From Spirochaetia bacterium (GTDB taxonomy: Bacteria > Spirochaetota > Spirochaetia > CADAEX01), in the NCBI GenBank assembly GCA_045606105.1, contig JAZURI010000001.1, positions 64,001 to 128,000 on the forward strand: 64,000 bases of DNA. Reading direction: 5' to 3'. The translations under genes and the position numbers were made by a program. A model generated the notes under the pieces. That model was not told the DNA's origin and searched no databases. It saw only the letters and a list, made by a program, of their open reading frames with translations. Below are positions 17,574-25,483 of the stretch, one piece after another (position 1 is the stretch's first letter; every line of letters begins with the position of its first letter).

Positions 17574-17830
17574 AGGCTTTGTCTTCTTATATAGAAGATT
17601 GTTGCAATTATCAGTCCCGACATAGGTTTCGGCGGCAGTCTTTGCCATTGCCTTGAGCTTGTTTTTCTTCATTATCAGTATCCCCCTGTTAAAGTTTTGG
17701 CCCGGCCTGCCGAAAATGTAATTAGGCTTGCAGAGCTTGCTACTGTATTTTTTGCTGATGAAACGTTAGCTTATAATTCATAAGAAAAAATCCAATTAGG
17801 ATGTAAAAACTGCTTATGTTTTATAAGCAA

Positions 17831-17879
17831 AAAATAAACGATAAATCGACACAAGTCAATAGATTTTGTCGAAAAATCT
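17831..17879 (-). promoter_or_regulatory. Putative early promoter and operator region divergent from repressor
   Basis: Minus strand TTGACT-17-TATTTT (17859-17831); ATCGACACAA repeated at 17845 and 17918; dyad AGATTTT-GTCGA-AAAATCT at 17861-17879. Confidence 0.5.
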
Positions 17880-17899
17880 TAATTTTGAGGTTATTTTTT

Positions 17900-18844
17900 A
17901 TGGATTGGATAAGAATTATCGACACAATTGAAAGTAAATTCCCAGATAAATCTATTTCAAAGCTGTGTAATGTTCGCTCACAATATATTTCTGATTTGAA
18001 GTCTGGAAAATCAAAAAATCCGGGTTCGGAGTTTACTCTTAAGCTTATTAAGAATTATAACTTAAACCCGAGCTGGCTTTTGAATGAAAAATTACCCATG
18101 TTTTTAGCTGGAACATTTGATGACCAGTTTAGTGCAGAAGAATCAGCAAGCGGTAATGCAGCTGAGCAACTAAAAACTATTAGGCTAATGAAAAACCTTT
18201 CTCAAAGAAAGCTTGCTGAGCTTTTAGAGATTAGCCCAAGTACTATCGCTACGATTGAATCAGCACAGGGCCAGAATCGGCGGGATATTCCCAAAGCTGC
18301 AATGCGTGCTCTGGTTGAAAAAATGAATGTGAATGCCCATTGGCTGCTTACAGGCCAAGGTCCCATGTTTATAGAACAGGACGATGAACATTCCATAACC
18401 GGCTACCGCATTCCTGTACTCAAGCAGAAGGCGTCAGCCGGCCCGGGCCAGGACTGGCAGGGCGAGGAGAATATAGAGCGGTACCTGGACTCTGTCCTGG
18501 ACCTCTCGGCCAGCTTCAGGAAGATCAAGCCCTACGCCTTCGAGGTGCGGGGCGGCAGTATGGCAGGCGCAGGGATCCACTCGGGCGACATAGTGATATT
18601 CGACCCGCATCCGGCGGAGCTGCCGGATGACATCTATGTATATGCACTGGACGGCAGTGTGTTCGTCAAATACATTGTATTCGACGATGCGGACAAGACC
18701 ATAACAACATACAGCTGCATGCCGGACGGTGTGCATAAGCAGGTGGCGGTTATCCACCCGGACGACCCGGCCGATGCCGAGCGGTTCCACCTGTTCGGCA
18801 GGGTCATAGCGTGGCTGCATGAGAACCATCTCATGCGCCGCTGA
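17900..18844 (+). CDS. Prophage repressor: two tandem XRE HTH domains plus S24 peptidase
   Basis: Two HTH units ending NPSWLL..PMF and NAHWLLTGQGPMF; ASAG cleavage-site-like motif, VRGGSM (Ser), VFVK (Lys). Confidence 0.88.
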   Translation: MDWIRIIDTIESKFPDKSISKLCNVRSQYISDLKSGKSKNPGSEFTLKLIKNYNLNPSWLLNEKLPMFLAGTFDDQFSAEESASGNAAEQLKTIRLMKNLSQRKLAELLEISPSTIATIESAQGQNRRDIPKAAMRALVEKMNVNAHWLLTGQGPMFIEQDDEHSITGYRIPVLKQKASAGPGQDWQGEENIERYLDSVLDLSASFRKIKPYAFEVRGGSMAGAGIHSGDIVIFDPHPAELPDDIYVYALDGSVFVKYIVFDDADKTITTYSCMPDGVHKQVAVIHPDDPADAERFHLFGRVIAWLHENHLMRR

Positions 18845-18847
18845 CAG

Positions 18848-18870
18848 AAAAGCCCCTCTCCGGGGCTTTT
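18848..18870 (+). terminator. Rho-independent terminator after repressor (bidirectional)
   Basis: AAAAGCCCC-TCTCC-GGGGCTTTT. Confidence 0.75.
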
Positions 18871-19027
18871 ATTATATAAGGGTGGGAAAAGTATCGACTT
18901 TGGCCGGAAAACGCCTCTAAGGTATTAAAAAACCGTTAAAAAACTCGATGCCGGATAAAACCCGGTCTGCCAACTTGACAGCCGGGCGGTTTAAGAGATA
19001 AATTTTATATACAGGAGAAACATAAAA

Positions 19028-19279
19028 ATGTATGAAGGTTTGAAGCAGGATTATCAGTATTTTTCTGATAACTTCAAGGATCTGTACAAGCAGTATCCGG
19101 GCAAGTATCTTGTGATCAAAGACTGCCGGGTTTTAAATGCGTACGATGACTTTGATACCGCATACAAGAAGACACTTGAGACAGAGGAGCTGGGCACATT
19201 CATCATCCAGGAATGCAAGGAGAATGACGAGAACCAGTTCATGTATCACCATAACAATGTAGCTTTTGCCGCCATCTGA
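19028..19279 (+). CDS. Small DUF5678-like protein
   Basis: YF..N...L...[11 protein letters not shown]...YD....AY......GTFIIQ pattern; upstream TTGACA at 18975 and RBS AGGAG. Confidence 0.7.
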   Translation: MYEGLKQDYQYFSDNFKDLYKQYPGKYLVIKDCRVLNAYDDFDTAYKKTLETEELGTFIIQECKENDENQFMYHHNNVAFAAI

Positions 19280-19281
19280 CC

Positions 19282-19803
19282 ATGGATTCATTCACATCTT
19301 CCTATGACAAACTGTCAAATGTACTTAAGAATAAAATAGAAATAGCTCAGGTAGGAAGCTCTTTTTCGGCCCAGGAATGGGTTGCTCTGTGGGATACAGG
19401 GGCTACAAACTCTGTCATAACACAGAAAGTGGTCGATGCCCTCGGCCTGCAGCCGGTCGGTCAGGTACCCTGCAGCACTCCCCAGGGGAGCTATAATGCT
19501 TGGGTCTATTATATCGATGTGAAGCTGCCGAGCTCTGTGATCATCCCCAAGCTGCAGGTGACTTTAGGACAGCCTTTTGGATGCGATATCCTTGTCGGCA
19601 TGGATATAATAGGAAGAGGCGATTTTGCTGTGTCTAACTTTGAGGGCAGGACTGTATTTACTTTCCGCACCCCTTCTCTGATGACTTTCGACTTTGTCAA
19701 TAAATCATATCTTGAGCCCATCGTAAAGCCACCCACACCGGGGCGCAACTCACCATGCCCATGCGGCAGCGGCAAAAAATACAAGCAGTGCTGCGGTCGA
19801 TAA
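19282..19803 (+). CDS. Retropepsin-like aspartyl protease with C-terminal SEC-C motif
   Basis: [16 protein letters not shown]; [20 protein letters not shown]. Confidence 0.88.
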   Translation: MDSFTSSYDKLSNVLKNKIEIAQVGSSFSAQEWVALWDTGATNSVITQKVVDALGLQPVGQVPCSTPQGSYNAWVYYIDVKLPSSVIIPKLQVTLGQPFGCDILVGMDIIGRGDFAVSNFEGRTVFTFRTPSLMTFDFVNKSYLEPIVKPPTPGRNSPCPCGSGKKYKQCCGR

Positions 19804-19846
19804 TTCTTTAAAAAAACTCGAAAAAATAAAACAATCTCCTTTGCAT

Positions 19847-19900
19847 TTTTTGAACTACTTCAACTACAGATGTTCGCGCCATCCATATTAAGCTGAGGCA
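19847..19900 (+). promoter_or_regulatory. Rightward late promoter (putative Mor-binding dyad plus -10)
   Basis: TTTTTGAACTACTTCAA 19847-19863, 37 nt before ATG 19901; -10 TAAGCT at same offset as left copy. Confidence 0.75.
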
Positions 19901-20788
19901 ATGAAAACAAGAAAACGTGAAATTGCTAAGGCGGGGATCTTCGGTTCTGTCGAGAACCCTGTCATCGTCCTGGAGAGCGACCTCAAGGAGATCGCCGAGA
20001 CTTTCCCGGAGATAGGCAAGGCACCCATCCAGCTGGGACACTGGCCGGATGCGGAGCAGCCGAGGCTGGGCAATGTCGTGGGCGTGACCTATGACGAGGC
20101 CACCAAGACTCTCTATGGCGAGATCGAGGAGGAGGATGCGCTGGCGCAGGCTGTCGAGGACGGCTACTACCCTGACGTCTCCATCGGCGCCAAGTCAAGG
20201 GCCACCGACGGCAAGATGTACCTGCACCACCTTGCATACCTGGGAGAGGAGGCTCCGGCAATCAAGGATCTCAAGGACGAGATCAAGACAAGCCTGGGCA
20301 TCGCGGCCTGTGACAAGACCGGCGTGCGTATGCTTCCTGGAACAATGGAGAAAAGGCTCTATCTTTCTGACGAGCCTAAAAAAACTGATCCCCCGGGAGA
20401 GGGCGGAAAGGAGAATAACGTGGACGACAAGCAGAAGGTCGCAGAGCTCGAGGCTGAGAACCAGAAGCTCAAGGAACAGAACCAGGCCCAGGAGAAGATG
20501 CTCTCCGACGCCATGAAGGTTCGGAAGGAAGAGGAGAAGGCTGCGCTCAAAAAGGCAGTCGAGGGCAAGCTCACAGAAGCTCAGACACAGAAGCTCATGG
20601 CACTGGCTGACAGCTGCGAGGGCGGCAGAACCATCGAGCTCGCGGACGGCGAGTCCAAGAGACAGGTTGGCCCTATCAGCATTCTTGCGGAGGTTTTCGA
20701 GGACATCCCCCTCAAGGTGAAACCTGGCAAGCTGGACCTTTCAGACGGCGAACAGCAGCCGGCTGAAATCAATTTCAACGCTATTTAA
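19901..20788 (+). CDS. Prohead protease/scaffold (Mu gpI-like), with probable nested scaffold start GTG 20420
   Basis: APIQLGH, GYYPDVSI, YLHHLAYLGE.APAIKDL motifs; internal AAGGAG-6nt-GTG in frame. Confidence 0.8.
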   Translation: MKTRKREIAKAGIFGSVENPVIVLESDLKEIAETFPEIGKAPIQLGHWPDAEQPRLGNVVGVTYDEATKTLYGEIEEEDALAQAVEDGYYPDVSIGAKSRATDGKMYLHHLAYLGEEAPAIKDLKDEIKTSLGIAACDKTGVRMLPGTMEKRLYLSDEPKKTDPPGEGGKENNVDDKQKVAELEAENQKLKEQNQAQEKMLSDAMKVRKEEEKAALKKAVEGKLTEAQTQKLMALADSCEGGRTIELADGESKRQVGPISILAEVFEDIPLKVKPGKLDLSDGEQQPAEINFNAI

Positions 20789-20800
20789 AAGGAGATTAAA

Positions 20801-21394
20801 ATGGTAATCAACGGAATGATCGGAGAGGTTGATCTGATTGGTAAGCATGCCGCAGACGGCCGGCATGGTCCTGTCATCAAGACAGTGGAATTCAAGGAAA
20901 GTATCGGTGCTCTCGGTGCCGGCGAGCTGCTCTTCAAGGGAAGCGGCGGCGCTGCATCCGCAAAGGATGCCACCCAGGTCCAGGGACAGGTTACCCAGGC
21001 TGCGGACGGAGTCCTGACAGACTTCGACATCGACCTCGGCAAGGCAATCCTGCCGGGCTCTGTGACTGTCAAAACAAACGACAGCACTGCTAAAGAGCTG
21101 GCTGACCAGGGCGACGGAACTCTGGACGGAGATGACGGCGACGGTACTGTGGACTACGCTTCCGGCAAGGTTCACATCGAGTTCGACGCCGCACCTGCTT
21201 ACTCAAAGACTGTGACTGTCAAGGCTGTCCCAGCTGACGGCTTTGTCGGCGTGCTGGATGATGACATCATCGCAGGCGAGGCAGTGGCCAATGCTGTTGT
21301 TCATGGCACCATCTACGAGGGCGTGGCCAAGCTTGACGGCGTGGCAGCAACCCCTGAGCAGCTTGAGTTCCTGAAAGACAAAGGAATCTACTGA
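20801..21394 (+). CDS. Head decoration protein (lambda D-like position)
   Basis: Between protease and capsid; VGVL, VVHG, L..KGIY C-terminus. Confidence 0.6.
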   Translation: MVINGMIGEVDLIGKHAADGRHGPVIKTVEFKESIGALGAGELLFKGSGGAASAKDATQVQGQVTQAADGVLTDFDIDLGKAILPGSVTVKTNDSTAKELADQGDGTLDGDDGDGTVDYASGKVHIEFDAAPAYSKTVTVKAVPADGFVGVLDDDIIAGEAVANAVVHGTIYEGVAKLDGVAATPEQLEFLKDKGIY

Positions 21395-21405
21395 GGAGGA
21401 GAAAT

Positions 21406-22389
21406 ATGCCAGATTTCAATTTCAAGAATTATCTGAACCCGCAGGCACTGACAGGCACTCTTAACAAGATGCCCCCACTGCACACAGTTATCATGGACCT
21501 GATCTATCCAGAGTCCGCCCAGGTCAATCATCCGTTTGACACAATCGGATACGAGGATCTGGCTGCCACCATCAAGAACATCCCTCTGGTGACCAGGGGC
21601 GGACAGTCCTATGCACTGTCTCTTGATGACAACAAGCTGAAGTATATCGACCCGGCCAACCTGAACCCGAGCTACTTCGTGAAGTCTGCTGACCTCAACA
21701 GACTCAGAAATATGCCGGCCCAGTCTGTCCAGGCATATATCAATGCACGGATCGACCGGCTCCGCAGAGCCATCAGAAAATCCAAGGAAGCTATGGCAGC
21801 ACAGTCCCTGACCGGTAAGATCTCCTACGACCTTGAGACCGCCAACGGCGGAATCGTCAAGTATGAGGTGAACTTCGGATCCATCCTGACCCAGACTATC
21901 TCAACCAAGTGGGACGCACAGGCTGCGACACCTGGCAAGATGGTTGCAGACATCGGCAAGATGCTGGGTAAGATCGGCGAGAAGTCCGACGCCACAAAGT
22001 TCGTGGCAATCTGTGACTTCGCCACATTCGGCGTGATCACAGACCTCTGCGGACAGGCAAAGAGCACTCTGCCTATTACTGTCGGCCTTGACAAGATCAA
22101 GATCGGTCAGCTGGAGATTGTGCCTGTTGCCGGTTCTTACTATGACTACTCCTCAGGAGCCAACGTTCCTGTAGTTGAAGCCAAGAAGTTCAAGATCATC
22201 GGTGTTGACGGAGGCTTCCGCTTCTTCAACTGCGCGCTCGACTCCGAGGACGCAAGCTTCGCAGGTATCCCATTCGGTATCCGCGAGGTCAAGAAGGATG
22301 ATCCTGAGGGAAGAAAGCTCATCGCAATGTCACGGCCAATGCCTGTACCAGATGTCAACGCCATCTGCGAGGCAACCGTACTCAGCTGA
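21406..22389 (+). CDS. Major capsid protein (lambda E-like)
   Basis: 327 aa; E.MAAQ.L.GKI, DDPEG..LIAMSRPMPVP C-terminal motif. Confidence 0.85.
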   Translation: MPDFNFKNYLNPQALTGTLNKMPPLHTVIMDLIYPESAQVNHPFDTIGYEDLAATIKNIPLVTRGGQSYALSLDDNKLKYIDPANLNPSYFVKSADLNRLRNMPAQSVQAYINARIDRLRRAIRKSKEAMAAQSLTGKISYDLETANGGIVKYEVNFGSILTQTISTKWDAQAATPGKMVADIGKMLGKIGEKSDATKFVAICDFATFGVITDLCGQAKSTLPITVGLDKIKIGQLEIVPVAGSYYDYSSGANVPVVEAKKFKIIGVDGGFRFFNCALDSEDASFAGIPFGIREVKKDDPEGRKLIAMSRPMPVPDVNAICEATVLS

Positions 22390-22401
22390 TAGAGGTGGAA
22401 T

Positions 22402-22869
22402 ATGAGAGAGCACTCCATCGATGATATCCAGGTCATGAATACCCAGCCTGTCTCTGTCTCTGTTTTTGGCACCGCCATAACACAGCAGGAGGTGGAGAAG
22501 CGCCTCTCCAGGAATCTGTTCAAGCAGCTCTCTGACAGCTCGGAGAGCTCTGTTCCAGATGCGATAAACCGCGCACAGATATATGTAGGTACCATCCTCA
22601 AAGGGTTTGGTGTTCGGCTCAACCTTGACGACGACGTGATCCGGGAAGTCGTGCTGCTCAATTCTATCTACGAGCTGCACATGGCCCTCGGCCATGCTGA
22701 GGCCGGCAAGGAGTACCGTGACCGTGCCAAGGATCTGATCCTTGTCACATGGGGAGAGTACCGGGATGCTGACCGCCCGGAGGCGGGGAAAGTCTCCGGG
22801 GGTAGTGTCTTCGGGACAAAGCATTCCGGCAAGTACCGCAGGGCGCTTGAACTCGGGGGGACCCGATGA
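22402..22869 (+). CDS. Head-tail connector (Mu gp36/DUF1320-like)
   Basis: Position after capsid; AI.RA...V, IYEL pattern. Confidence 0.6.
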   Translation: MREHSIDDIQVMNTQPVSVSVFGTAITQQEVEKRLSRNLFKQLSDSSESSVPDAINRAQIYVGTILKGFGVRLNLDDDVIREVVLLNSIYELHMALGHAEAGKEYRDRAKDLILVTWGEYRDADRPEAGKVSGGSVFGTKHSGKYRRALELGGTR

Positions 22870-23453
22870 GCAAGGATGGGATCACTCCTGTTCTTGAGAC
22901 CGTGCTCAAGGGGCTCAAGTCGCCGCACAAGGCGCACGTGGCCGGTGATATGGCCGTGGGCTTCATCCAGAAGCATATCGCAGAGGGCCAGGGTTTCGCG
23001 CCGCTGGCTCCGGCGACTGCTGCGTACAGGGGCAACGGTCAGCCGCTCAGGGACACCGGGCATCTGCTCATGTCGATCAAGTCGGCCAAGCTGGGCGACG
23101 ATGCGGCGTCGGTATTCACCGAGCTTAAATATGCTGCCCTGCAGAACAACGGCGGCGTGATCACAGCCAAGAGGGACTGGCTTTTCATTCCCGCGGCCGG
23201 GACGCGCAGGCTTGAGCGGCGGTACGGCTACAGCCCCAAAGAGGTGCTGGCCGGGCTGCGTGCGGCAGGGTTCTGGGTATTCAGGGTCGGCAGGACGGTA
23301 TGCTACCGGCAGAAAGGCAAGAAGCGGCTGCACGTCGCCTACTACCTTAAGAAGTCGGTCACCGTTCCAGCCCGGAAATTCTTCTATATATCTAATGGAG
23401 AGCTGGAGATGATCAGTCAGGAGGTCGGAGATGTTATCGTATCGGGCGCTTGA
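22866..23453 (+). CDS. Virion morphogenesis protein (Mu gpG-like)
   Basis: FAPLAPAT, PLRDTGHL..SI, YAALQN.GG, VPARKF motifs. Confidence 0.85.
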   Translation: MSKDGITPVLETVLKGLKSPHKAHVAGDMAVGFIQKHIAEGQGFAPLAPATAAYRGNGQPLRDTGHLLMSIKSAKLGDDAASVFTELKYAALQNNGGVITAKRDWLFIPAAGTRRLERRYGYSPKEVLAGLRAAGFWVFRVGRTVCYRQKGKKRLHVAYYLKKSVTVPARKFFYISNGELEMISQEVGDVIVSGA

Positions 23454-23928
23454 GCTTTTCCATAAGCAGCTGGAGCGGCACATATCCTCCGACAGCTTCG
23501 CCACCAAGGTGGTGATGCTTCCGTCATCTGTGGATGAGAAGGGACTGACCATCCAGCTCGCGGCGCAGAAGGTGCGCCGGCAGGCCGTGCCGGCAGGCGT
23601 GAGGACCAGCCGCTTCCTGAAGGTCCGGGTCTCCGTCAAGGGGACCGCAGAGAGCCTTACAGGGCTTGCGCAGGCGATCGGCTGCATAGATGCTCTTGAC
23701 GACTACCTCGGCATGGGAGACCTGCATCTTGAGGACGAGAGCGGCAGCCAGATACCAAACACCAGGGTCGTTCAGCGTGTATCCGACGAGGACTCGTTCC
23801 TGGACAGCCCGGACTCCACAGACGTTCAGGATGTGGAGGACGTGAGGATGGTGGAGATAACTTTCCCGGTGTCATACCAGGAGACTGCGCAGGCGCAGGT
23901 ACCGGCCCAGGACGGCCAGAATAATTAG
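23431..23928 (+). CDS. Putative tail completion/terminator protein
   Basis: Synteny between gpG and major tail protein. Confidence 0.5.
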   Translation: MLSYRALELFHKQLERHISSDSFATKVVMLPSSVDEKGLTIQLAAQKVRRQAVPAGVRTSRFLKVRVSVKGTAESLTGLAQAIGCIDALDDYLGMGDLHLEDESGSQIPNTRVVQRVSDEDSFLDSPDSTDVQDVEDVRMVEITFPVSYQETAQAQVPAQDGQNN

Positions 23929-23936
23929 GAGGCAAT

Positions 23937-24062
23937 ATGGCACAGTACGTGACCGAATATGTCAAAGACAGGGACGGCAAGATCAGAAAGAAAGAGCCCA
24001 AGAAACCTGCCGAGCCCAAACCAGAAAAAAAGGAAGCCAAGAAGGAGGAAAACCATGGCTGA
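23937..24062 (+). CDS. Small Lys/Glu/Pro-rich protein (41 aa, below ORF-track cutoff)
   Basis: RBS AGGAGG then MAQYVTEYVKDRDGKIRKKEPKKPAEPKPEKKEAKKEENHG; overlaps next start. Confidence 0.55.
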   Translation: MAQYVTEYVKDRDGKIRKKEPKKPAEPKPEKKEAKKEENHG

Positions 24063-24753
24063 AGAATTTAGCTTAATTGGAGATGATTGCAAGCTGTTCA
24101 CCGGAGCACCGGGAACAGAGAAGAGCGGAGACGGCTCTAAGACTTTCAACGAGCTTGCCGGGGGTGCGGCTGCATCCGGTGACGGAAAAGGCTACTGGCT
24201 GATCACAGCCATCGCTGCAAGCTCAAGCATCTTCCCAGCAGGGGCAAAGGTCGGCATGGTCTTCCCTGCGGCTGGAAGCGAGGTGCCGGCCACCGGAGAC
24301 AAGGCGATGATGCTCACACTGCAGCACATCGCAGATGCGAGCGGCTGGAGCATGGCCGTGTCCAGGGCAGAAGTCGAGGTCACCAAGCTGCATGATGAAT
24401 ACAGACATTACCGCTTCGGAAAGCGCGATGCCCAGATCACCATCAACAGCATCCTGACCCTCGGTGTGACCGACAAGGCCGGCGGCATGGTTGAGAAGAC
24501 CATGACTACCTTCAGAAAGGCAGCTGCCGGAACAACCACAATCACCGAGATTGACAACAAGCCTATCTACTTCCTGGGCTTTGTCCGCCAGACCGCTGTG
24601 GCCGGCGAGACACAGGCATTCGTCTTCGCAAAAGTGGCGCTCTCTGGAATGACACTTGGTGCGCAGATTGGCAGTGCGCAGAGCTACGACACTGCAGCAC
24701 GTCTTCAGAACGACCCTGTGTTCTACACTGAGGAGATTGCTGCAGCATCATGA
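24055..24753 (+). CDS. Major tail tube protein
   Basis: RBS AGGAGG; EVEVTKLHD..R.YR.G..D motif; precedes chaperones and tape measure. Confidence 0.75.
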   Translation: MAEEFSLIGDDCKLFTGAPGTEKSGDGSKTFNELAGGAAASGDGKGYWLITAIAASSSIFPAGAKVGMVFPAAGSEVPATGDKAMMLTLQHIADASGWSMAVSRAEVEVTKLHDEYRHYRFGKRDAQITINSILTLGVTDKAGGMVEKTMTTFRKAAAGTTTITEIDNKPIYFLGFVRQTAVAGETQAFVFAKVALSGMTLGAQIGSAQSYDTAARLQNDPVFYTEEIAAAS

Positions 24754-25148
24754 TCATCGAGATAACCAAAGTGAAGACATTTATCCCGGAGTTCCACGGC
24801 AACAAGAAGCTGAGCTCCGGCGACCAGATCAAGGTGACCTACCGCGCAGCCACCATCGACATCAAGGAGCGTCTGTCGGCCCTGTTCGACAAGCGCTCCA
24901 AGTTTGACAAGGACGGCAAGTTCGTGGGCGTCGAGATACTGGAGAAGGACATCACCCCGTCAGTTTTCAACGAGCTTTTAACAGGAATTGAAAACTGCTC
25001 CTACAAGGACTCGAACACCGGCGAGGAGACAGCAATCAAGACCGCGCAGGATCTGCTTGCTGCACCTGTCGAGTTTGACGCCCTTAAGAAGGAGATTGCC
25101 GATGTCCTGCAGAAGGAAGTGTACCGGAAGGTAGAAGAAAAAAACTGA
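24750..25148 (+). CDS. Tail assembly chaperone (G-like)
   Basis: Ends at slippery A AAA AAC just before stop. Confidence 0.75.
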   Translation: MIIEITKVKTFIPEFHGNKKLSSGDQIKVTYRAATIDIKERLSALFDKRSKFDKDGKFVGVEILEKDITPSVFNELLTGIENCSYKDSNTGEETAIKTAQDLLAAPVEFDALKKEIADVLQKEVYRKVEEKN

Positions 25149-25483
25149 GAATCGGGCTCCGGGTTTACCTGTCCGGTAAACACGAGGCCCGGATGATGAA
25201 AGGCAGGGAGAACCTGCTGTGGCCGACCGGGGTGAAGGACGAGAATGGCAAGATGATTGCCATCCCAACGTCGGCGGCCAAAGATTATGTGAACGAGGAT
25301 TTCAGGACTGCGTACAGGATGTACCTGACCACCGAGACCCTCGGATGCCTCCCCTTCGGGGGCGGCTGGGCGGAGCAGCCCGATTGGGTTGTAACCGCGC
25401 TCACAGCTTTCAAGACCGAGATGGCCCTGTGGCGCGAGGAAGAGAGCGTTAGAAAAGAGAGATACCGGAAGATGAGGCGGTAA
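25145..25483 (+). CDS. Tail assembly chaperone -1 frameshift extension (T-like)
   Basis: -1 frame open from slip site into ORF 25193-25483; LPFGGGWAEQP motif; downstream hairpin. Confidence 0.75.
   Translation: MRIGLRVYLSGKHEARMMKGRENLLWPTGVKDENGKMIAIPTSAAKDYVNEDFRTAYRMYLTTETLGCLPFGGGWAEQPDWVVTALTAFKTEMALWREEESVRKERYRKMRR

Noticed and set aside
17481-17672. 63-aa minus-strand ORF in immunity region
   Set aside because: Has a plausible RBS but overlaps a convergent ORF by 93 nt and has no recognisable motif; left uncalled
22668-23687. 339-aa minus-strand ORF
   Set aside because: Spans three well-supported + strand virion genes; shadow ORF
23959-24054. Basic N-terminal extension of the tail tube ORF
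   Set aside because: True start is ATG 24055 behind AGGAGG; the region is better explained by the 41-aa ORF at 23937-24062
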